A stretch of DNA of 64,000 bases from Azolla caroliniana (Eukaryota > Plantae > Polypodiophyta), in contig JBHGNT010000006.1 in NCBI GenBank assembly GCA_043228905.1, forward strand, positions 4,092,001 through 4,156,000. Direction: 5' to 3'. Positions 30,725 through 38,996 of the stretch are shown piece by piece (within the stretch, counting starts at the first letter, position 1; every line of letters begins with the position of its first letter). Below the pieces are notes generated by a model. The model saw only the letters and a list, made by a program, of their open reading frames with translations. It was not told the DNA's origin and searched no databases. The position numbers and the translations under genes are program-made.

Positions 30725-31046
30725 TGTTGGGAATGAACAAGGCCGTCAGTGCGGAAGAGGTCACACAGTATGAGTCTGTGAGGAAGAAATACCTGCATAT
30801 GAGAAAAACAAGAACAATATACGCACAGAGAGAGAGAGAGAGAGAGAGGCACAAAGAATATATCTAAATTCATAAAAGGGCAACAGTTACAACCATGAAC
30901 AACCAACCTTTACAAAAGGTTCAAAGTCACTTTATATAGTGACTCACTTAGGGCAACTGCCCTTTATGTTATTTACAGAAATAGCCCGAACTTGGGCTCT
31001 CTAAGAGGATAGTGTGAATACGTCCATCATACATTTGTATTCGACA
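30725..31046 (-). repeat. Copia 3' LTR (322 bp)
   Basis: Direct repeat of 38668-38996 with about 8 substitutions, a 1-bp indel and a (GA)n length difference. Confidence 0.97.
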
Positions 31047-33514
31047 CTCCCCCGTAATGGGCGTATACATGGGTTATCTAAAAAATACAAGTATAGGCAT
31101 AGGTTCTCGGACGAGTCGGTTTTGTTCGAATCGGCATGATCCGTAGACAGAAGACCGAACTGGTCGGGTCGGAAAGGCTGAAGCCGATCGTCAGTGAACC
31201 GATGTCTGTTGTCCGAAACCGTCTTGCACTGTGTCCGGCTTCAACCGGACCGATATGTTGTTACGCCCATCTGTTGCCAAAGAGACCGGAACCGGTCTGC
31301 CGAAAGACACTTGGTCATTCCGTATGCGACATTATCGGTTGTGGATATCTTCTCTAGACCGATTTTCCCGGAAATGACGCAGTCCCGAACAAAGTGATAT
31401 TGAACTTCGATATGCTTGGAGGCGTTGTGATGAACCGGATTTTTCGACAAAGCAACAACACTCTGACTGTCATTGTAGACAACTGGAGCCGAGTCGGAGT
31501 CGACTTGCCGAAACGTGTGCGCCAGCCGACCGAGCCATAAAGCTTCTTTCGTTGTATCGGAGGCAGCTACATATTCTGCTTCGGTCGTTGAGGTGGTTGT
31601 GCACTCCTGAAGTTTCGACTTCCACGAGATTGCTCCATTGCCGAATTTAAAGCAATATCCGGTTGTTGACTTGCGACTGTCCACACAGCCGGCGAAGTCC
31701 AAGTCGGTGTAACCGACTACGCCTAAAGTTGAGTTCGGACTGAAAAGGATGTCGTGGTCTTTTGTGCCAGCTAAATATCTGAACACATGCTTGACTGCGT
31801 TCCAGTGCGATCGGCCGGGATTGTGCATAAATCTGCTGATGACTCCTACGGCGTGAGAAATATCAGGCCGTGTCGCGACCATCGCGTACATCAGAGAGCC
31901 TACTGCCGGTGCATACGGTACTGACTTCATATCTTCCCCCTCCGGACCGGATGTCGGGCAGTCTCGCTGAGAAAGCCGAAGATGAATGGGGAGCGGGGTC
32001 GAAGCAGACTTGGCCGATTGCATGTTGAAGCGTTCCAAGACACGTCCGATGTAGTCGGTTTGAGACAGAAAAAGTTGTCTTTTGGCGCGATTCCGACTAA
32101 TCTTCATTCCGAGTATGTGTCTTGCCTGACCGAGGTACTTCATGACAAACTTCAATCGCAGTTTCCGAATGAGTTCAGTGAGCTCTCCGGTATGCCGACC
32201 GGAGAGTAGCATGTCGTCCACGTAGATGATGAGGACGACGGGAGAACCGTCTTGAGCTGTTTTGGTGAAGAGGCAGTGGTCCTCATCGCTCTTGGAGACG
32301 CCGACCGACTGGATGAAATCGTCGAACTTCTTGTACCACTGTCGGGGTGCCTGTTTCAGGCCATAAAGACTCTTCCTGAGTCGGCAGACTAGATGTTCCT
32401 GACCGGTGGCCACAAAGCCTTTCGGCTGTTCCATGTAGATTTCCTCCTTTAGATCACCGTGGAGGAATGTCGTTTTCACATCTAGCTGAATCAGCTCCAA
32501 ATTGTCGGCGGCCACAACACCAAGCATGAAACGAAGGGTTGTCATTTTCACCACTGGTGAAAAGATTTCGTCGAAGTCGACGCCATATTCCTGTCGAAAT
32601 CCCTTCGCAACTAATCTGGCCTTGTACTTTGGGGTGGTCGAGTCGGACGTCTCCTTTAGTCTATAGACCCACTTGCAAGGAAGAGCACGTCGATCCTTCG
32701 GTAAGTCGACCAGATCCCAAGTCTTGTTGGCGCAGATGGAGTGCATTTCCGACTCCATTGCCAGATGCCAGGTGGCTGAATCGGCAACTGTCGATGCTTC
32801 TTCGTAGGACGTCAGTTCGCCGACGTCGGTGAAGAAAATTCCGGGAGAGTACCTCTCCGGAGGTTGCGACAGTCTATCAGATCTTCGAGGTATGACTGGA
32901 CTGGTCGCACCGGGTGTCAATGTCGGATGGTCAGAAGGCGAGCCATTCGGCTGTGTCGAATCTATGGATTCGGTGCGAGAGAAGTCGGTTACCCATGAAA
33001 CCGGTCTCGTGTTGTGTGTTGGGCCGTCATGAAGGGTTGGCACTTCGGAAAATATTACCCTTCGGACTTCAATAGGCCTTTCGGCCGTTTTGTGCATAGT
33101 CGACTCGTTGAACACGACGTTCGAACTTCGGACGATTTGCCTGTGCTCGGGGTCCAGAGTCGGTATCCGATCTCACCGTCGGGTCTGTACCCGAGGAAAA
33201 TGCATTTCCTTGATCTCGGTTCGAGCTTTCGGCGGTCGTCTTTCGGTATGAGGGCGTATGCCTCACAACAAAAAATCCTCAGCTTATCATAATTCGGCTT
33301 TCTGCCGGTCCATATTTCCTGATGTATCTTAAGTCCTAGAGGTCTACTTGGCGACATATTGATTATGTGTACTGCCGTGAGTAGAGCCTCTGCCTAGAAG
33401 CCATCCGACTGTCAGGAATAGTACTAAAGCAGAGAGGGAATTAGTACTAAGAAGAGTAGTACTATTAGTACTAAGAGGACGGGACAACGTAAGATTCCCG
33501 AGAGAGGAAGTGAG

Positions 33515-33563
<49 letters not shown>

Positions 33564-33695
33564 TGATGACAGCAACTAATATATTATGTGAAAAGATAAT
33601 TACAAAGCGGTTGAGAGGCTTAAGACTGGCGTTGAACCAATTTGGTTCAACATAATGCCTAGTGCCTTCTTTTATAGTGTTGTCATGAGTAATCC

Positions 33696-33715
33696 TGAAA
33701 CTTCTAGAATGTTCC
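33696..33715. promoter_or_regulatory. Perfect four-unit heat-shock element in the chromovirus LTR (second copy at 35794-35813)
   Basis: tGAAacTTCtaGAAtgTTCc fits nGAAnnTTCnnGAAnnTTCn and lies about 20 bp upstream of the minus-strand TATAAAA at 33670-33676. Confidence 0.75.
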
Positions 33716-33783
33716 AGAGAAATCTGGAATATACATTACTTTCTTATAATAAAACATAAATGAAAATAATATCCTATGAATTA

Positions 33784-33856
33784 TAATAGATGGTGTGATG
33801 GTTAAGAGCTCGACCCATATACCATAAGGTCATGGGTTCGAGTCTTGCCATCTCAT
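33784..33856 (+). other. tRNA-like Pol III A-box/B-box unit inside the chromovirus LTR (second copy at 35882-35954); not a functional tRNA gene
   Basis: A-box-like TGGTGTGATGG starts at 33791 and B-box GTTCGAGTC starts at 33836, the canonical T8-to-G53 spacing of 45 nt. CCCATA sits at the anticodon-loop position and AAGGTC at the variable loop. The stems are degenerate. Confidence 0.65.
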
Positions 33857-35533
33857 GACACTATCTCCCCCTTAACGACGACGAGTGGAACGAGTCAGCG
33901 CTGATTACTTTCGGTGGAAATCAGCAAGCAGATCCTGAGCATTGGCAACATGCTCGACAGGTTCCCAAGTGCGTTCGCTCAGACTATAACCAACCCAATC
34001 GACCAAATAATAAAGTTTGTTGCTAATAAGTTTGGAATCGAGGATGGCAGCAACTTCATACTCCGGGCCGGCGTCCAACTCCAGCGGGGGCGGCGGTGGT
34101 GTAACACGATCGGGAATGATGTTTGCTTTATAAGGTTCAAGAAGAGAACAATGGAAAACCGGATGTATCTGAAGCTACGGAGGGAGATCAAGGCGGAATG
34201 TGACATCATTAACTTTACCCGTAATAAGGAAAGGACCGAGTCATCGATAATCCAACTTGTCGCACGGTCGAGTAGTCTTGATGTGACGACGTAAGAGCCA
34301 TACTTGATCTCCGATGGCAAAAGAGGAGGGAAGCCGATGACGATCCGCGTAAGTCTTCTGTGTCTGTTGAGGATGACGAAGATGAGTCGAGAGAGCTATC
34401 TGGATCTTGCGTAGTCTCTCCAAATAATCCCCGGCACGAGGATTGGTAGGTAGCTCTGGGGTGTCGATCACCGACCAGCGAGGATGAGAACCGGTATAAG
34501 CGTAGAATGAGGAGACTCGAGTCGAGGAGTGAACAACATTATTATACGCAAACTCCGCAAAGTGGAGAATCTCGGCCCAATCGTCTTGTTGATAACTCAG
34601 GAAACACCGGAGATATTGCTCCAACGTTTGGTTTGTTCGTTCTGCCTGCCCATCAGTCTGAGGATGGTAGTCGGAGGAGAGGTTGCAAGAGACCTTGAGC
34701 ATCTTGAAGAGATGCTACCAAAATTTGGAGACAAATTGCGGTCCTCGGTCACTGATGATACTGTCTGGGAGGCCATGATGTTGAAATACCTCACGCATGA
34801 CTAGGGCGGCGGTTTCCTCGCTAGTGATGGCCTTAGTACACGGAACAAAATGTGCCATCTTCGTATATCAATCGACGACGGTTAAGATAGCATCGAACCC
34901 CTGCGAGACCGGCAGATTTGTGATAAAATCAAGACAAATAGATTGCCACGGCTTACTTGGAATCGGTAAGGGTTCCAACAAGCCATATGGATGGTGTCGT
35001 GGCATCTTTGCTCGGCCGCAAGCATCACAGGTCCGAACGTAGTCGTCGACAAAACGGCGCATGTGGGGCCACCAAAAAGATCGTTGCACTAGCTCCAACA
35101 TCTTAGTACTACCGAAATGTCCCGCCGTATGGGTGTCATGACAATGCTGGACGATTTGAAGGCGACAAGAGCAATCGGGGACATATACGTGCTTTTTAAA
35201 GAATAACAAACCATCATGATATTCGAATTGTCGGTAGTCAATACCTGGTTGTTGAGACTGAGAACAGGATGCCCGAGAAGTATCAATGTGCGCCAAGATG
35301 TTTTGAGCAAAACTATCCGTCTTCAAGTTTGCACGTATGTCGTCGGTAATCCGTGAATCCATCGGGGTGTGAAAAATCCGTGTTGTGTGCAATCGTGTTG
35401 GTCCCAAGATTACTTGCTTTTGATTATCAAATGTTGGATCACCAGGACGAGGTGCAAGATATGAACGTCGTAATAGTGCATCTGCTTTTCCTTGCTGCTT
35501 CCCCAGTCGATATGTGATTTTGAAGTCGAAACG

Positions 35534-35958
35534 CGTCAAGAATAGTACTAAAGCAGAGAGGGAATTAGTATTAAGAAGAGCAGTACTATTAGTACTAAGA
35601 GGACGGGACAACGTAAGATTCCCGAAAGAGGAAGTGAGAAGAGGAGAGAGAGAGAGAGAGATGATGACAGCAGCTAATATATTATGTGAAAAGATAAGTA
35701 CAAAGCGGCTGAGAGGCTTAAGACTGGCGTTGAACCAATTTGGTTCAACATAATGCCTAGTGCCTTCTTTTATAGTGTTGTCATGAGTAATCCTGAAACT
35801 TCTAGAATGTTCCAGAGAAATCTGGAATATACATTACTTTCTTATAATAAAACATAAATGATAATAATATCTTACGAATTACTATAGATGGTGTGATGGT
35901 TAAGAGCTCGACCCATATACCATAAGGTCATGGGTTCGAGTCTTGCCATCTCATGACA
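35534..35958 (-). repeat. Chromovirus 5' LTR (425 bp), inner end fused directly to pol
   Basis: Matches 33410-33860. The inner terminus reads ...CTTGACG instead of ...CCTGACA and runs straight into TRFDFKITY codons. Confidence 0.93.
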
Positions 35959-36207
35959 CCGACAGTCCGGAGTGTTAGAGCATGGATACAACGCGTTCTT
36001 GAATCGTCTGATTCATGCGTTCTGCGATTCCGTTTTGCTCCGGACTATATGGTGCCGTATATTCACGTCTAATGCCGCGTTCTCGGCAAAATTTGACGAA
36101 TTCATCATATTTGAACTCACCTCCATTGTCGGTTCGGAGACACTTCAGTTTCCGATCGGTCTGGTTTTCGACCATTGCGAGCCAATCTAAGAAGATCGAG
36201 AACACCC

Positions 36208-36511
36208 GATCTTTGGTTCTGATGGGGTAAGCCCACACCTTCCGAGTCGAGTCGTCAATGAAACTGACGAAGTACGAGGCACCACCGAGTGACTGATGTG
36301 GCATCGGGCCACAGACGTACGAGTGGACCAAATCGGGCGGGCTCGACTCTCTTGGTGCTGATCTTTGGTTATGATGGGGTAAGCCCACACCTTCCGAGTC
36401 GAGTCGTCAATGAAACTGACGAAGTACGAGGCACCACCGAGTGACTGATGCGGCATCGGGCCATAGACGTCCGAGTGGACCAAATCGAGCGGGCTCGACT
36501 CTCTTGGTGCT
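36208..36511. repeat. 152-bp tandem duplication inside the copia integrase
   Basis: 36208-36359 versus 36360-36511, about 5 substitutions; causes a frameshift. Confidence 0.95.
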
Positions 36512-38667
36512 GCTAGTGTGATGCGGCTACCTGTTTGCCGTACTAGCAATGCTCGCAAAACTGATGGTCTGAGAAGGAGAGTTTCGGGATGTATCCGGCT
36601 CTGGATAGGTGCGTGATGCCGGTCTTGCTGAGGTGTCCAAGTCGTCCATGCCATAAGGATGACACAAGGATATCTACCAGAAATAAGTCACCCTCTCTGA
36701 GTGTGACATACAAAGGGTACAATGAGTGTACCTTTGGTCCTTTAGCAAGCAAGAGGTTCCCTCTGTGGAGTATCCACCCTCCTGATGAGAAACCAACACA
36801 AATGCCAACTTCATCAAGTTGTCCGACTAAGATCAAGGGTCGTGAGAGCTCAGGAACGTGTCGGACGTTGTGTAGTACGAGTGTAGAGCCACCCGGAAGG
36901 TTGAGCTCTACGGTGCCGACTCTGATGATAGCACAATGCTGCGAATTTCCGACTCGAACTGAGTTGGAGTGCCGGTTCGAATATTGCCGAAACTGTGCTC
37001 GGTGAGGTGTCACGTGATACGACGCGCCCGAGTCCAGAAGCCATGTGCTTGATTCCTCAGTCGTAAGCAGAACTTCTGATTTGACTGGATTCTCTATAGA
37101 CAATATGTTCGGGTCGGTCGTTAGTATCTCGGCTGAAGAGCCGACGTAGTTGACTTCCTCATGTCGGTTACTCCTCTGATCAGCTCTCTGAGCTTTGTCT
37201 GTCTTTGACTTGAGTACCCGACAGTCGGCCTTGATGTGTCCCGGTTTCTTGCAGTAGTTGTAGATTCGGGTTTCCCGGGACTTGCTACGGCTTCGCTGAT
37301 TTGTCGGCGGTCGGGAAGAACTTCTTCCCCTGTTGTTCGATCGGTCGGTCGAACCTTGTACTACATAGGCTTCTTCTGCCGAGTCTTTGGTGAAAGACTT
37401 TCTCCGAGCTGCTTTAGTCAGGATTGCACTTGTGACTTCGGAATACTTGATGGCAGTCGTAGAAGCGTTGCACACAGTTGTAACGAAGGTTTCCCAAGAG
37501 GAGGGGAGACTACTCATGAGTATCATTGCTCTGAGTTCATCCTCAATTGTCGTCCCCTGTGACGAGATTTGGGAGCTCAAACTTTCGTACTCGTTAAGGT
37601 GTGCCTGAACCGAATCGGAGTCTTTCATCTGCAGGTTGTAGAGGCGCCGGATCAAATACATCTTCGTTGAGGCGACCTTCTTTTCGTAGGTTTCCGACAA
37701 CTTCTTCCAAAGTTCGAAGGTTGTCGTGCACGATTGCACTGTGAAGTACACTGACTCCGACAGGTGCATCCGAATCGTGGCGCGAATGATTCTGTCCAGC
37801 TTCTGCCACTCATTTGCCTTGTATATTTCTGGAGCAGTTTCATTCTCAATCGGATCGATCTGACCCTTGACTATAAGATAGTCCTGCATTTGCTCCTTCC
37901 AAAAATTGAAGTTCGAACCGTCGAACCTCCTTAGACACATTTCCGATGAGCCGGATGTTGATGCCATCAGATTTGGTTTCGGTTGACGAAGTTCGGTTCG
38001 GAGTTGACTACGAACCTTGTTGGAGTGCAGCCGGTCGGCTCACCCGATATCGTTCTAGTTGGATTTGAACCCGAGTCGGTTCGGTTTCGAATATGTGTAT
38101 TGTTGAACTTGCTCGAATTGACTCCGGTAACTCGAGGGACAGAACCGACTGGTCTTCCCGAATGTTACCGAGTTGGAGTGAGCCCGGTTTGCTTCCGAAT
38201 ATATATGCCAAATACCAATTATATGGACCGATTCTGCTTCGGGTGACTGCAACGACGAGAGAGACGGATCCAATTGATCCTCCCGAATGTCGATCAGCCG
38301 GATGAAGCACGAATTGGGGTTGTTGTCTTGAGATCGATTTGCACCGAGTGGTTACAACAGGCGGCGAGCAGTGTTCGGTGACCTGTTCGGATGCCGTTTA
38401 ACCGAGTGGAGCACGATCGTGTCAATGTTGCACAAGGGGAGTTCACCTCGAGCGGTTACGATCACGAGGAACAGAGTACAGCCGGCTGGCTTACTCCAAG
38501 CGAAGATGATCTAACGCGATGAGATGCAAGCCTCATTTTTCTTCTTCTTCTTCTCTCTTCTCTGTTTCTTCAAATACAAAACAACAACAAAAAACAGAAT
38601 GTTGTGATCCAAAGATTCGAATGGCGGCCGGCATCGGGATGAAGGACATCCAAGCTCTGATACCAAA

Positions 38668-38765
38668 TGTTGGGGATGAACAAGGTCGTCAGTGCGGAAG
38701 AAGTCACACAATATGAGTCTATGAGGAAGAAATACCTGCGTATGAGAAAAACAAGAACAATATAC

Positions 38766-38799
<34 letters not shown>

Positions 38800-38996
38800 A
38801 CAAAGAATATATCTATATTCATAAAAGGGCAACAGTTACAACCATGAACAACCAACCTTTACAAAAGGTTACAAAGTCACTTTATATAGTGACTCACTTA
38901 GGGCAACTGCCCTTTATGTTATTTACAGAAATAGCCCGAACTTGGGCTCTCTAAGAGGATAGTGTGAATACGTCCATTATACATTTGTATTCGACA
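38668..38996 (-). repeat. Copia 5' LTR (329 bp)
   Basis: Matches 30725-31046 and is followed on the minus strand by the Met PBS. Confidence 0.97.

Larger units (their letters stand above)
33410..33860 (-). repeat. Chromovirus 3' LTR (451 bp)
   Basis: TG...CA ends; about 97% identical to 35534-35958 apart from (AG)n length. Confidence 0.95.
33410..35958 (-). mobile_element. Internally deleted Ty3/gypsy chromovirus (Tcn1-like; lineage inferred) nested in the copia integrase
   Basis: LTRs at 33410-33860 and 35534-35958; TSD CCGAC at 33405-33409 and 35959-35963; PPT TTAAGGGGGAGATAG at 33861-33875. The interior holds only the RNase H end, integrase (HHCC, SDRGPQF, YHPQTDGQAER, GPF) and a chromodomain (YEVAAILDSK...YLVDWVGY...TWEP). 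Confidence 0.95.
31241..37967 (-). pseudogene. Copia gag-pol polyprotein broken by frameshifts, a stop, a 152-bp duplication and the nested Ty3 element
   Basis: Gag (FDGSNFNFWK), degenerate zinc knuckle (YNYCKKPGHIKADC), protease (WLLDSGAS), integrase (LRTDNGGEF, SPEQNGIAER), RT (YKARLVAKG, YVDDML) and RNase H (KHIEVQYHFVRD). Confidence 0.95.
30725..38996 (-). mobile_element. Full-length but disrupted Ty1/copia LTR retrotransposon (Tnt1/Tork-like; lineage inferred)
   Basis: TG...CA LTRs at 30725-31046 and 38668-38996; TSD CCCTC at 30720-30724 and 38997-39001; PBS TGGTATCAGAGC (tRNA-iMet) at 38654-38665; PPT next to 31047; gag-PR-INT-RT-RH domain order. Confidence 0.97.

Noticed and set aside
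33784-33856. Functional tRNA-Met gene
   Set aside because: The acceptor, anticodon and T stems do not pair properly and there is no adjacent oligo-T terminator. Kept only as a tRNA-like unit.
31136-38310. Plus-strand ORFs over the copia and Ty3 interiors
   Set aside because: Antisense shadows of GC-richer pol and UTR sequence with no recognisable motifs.
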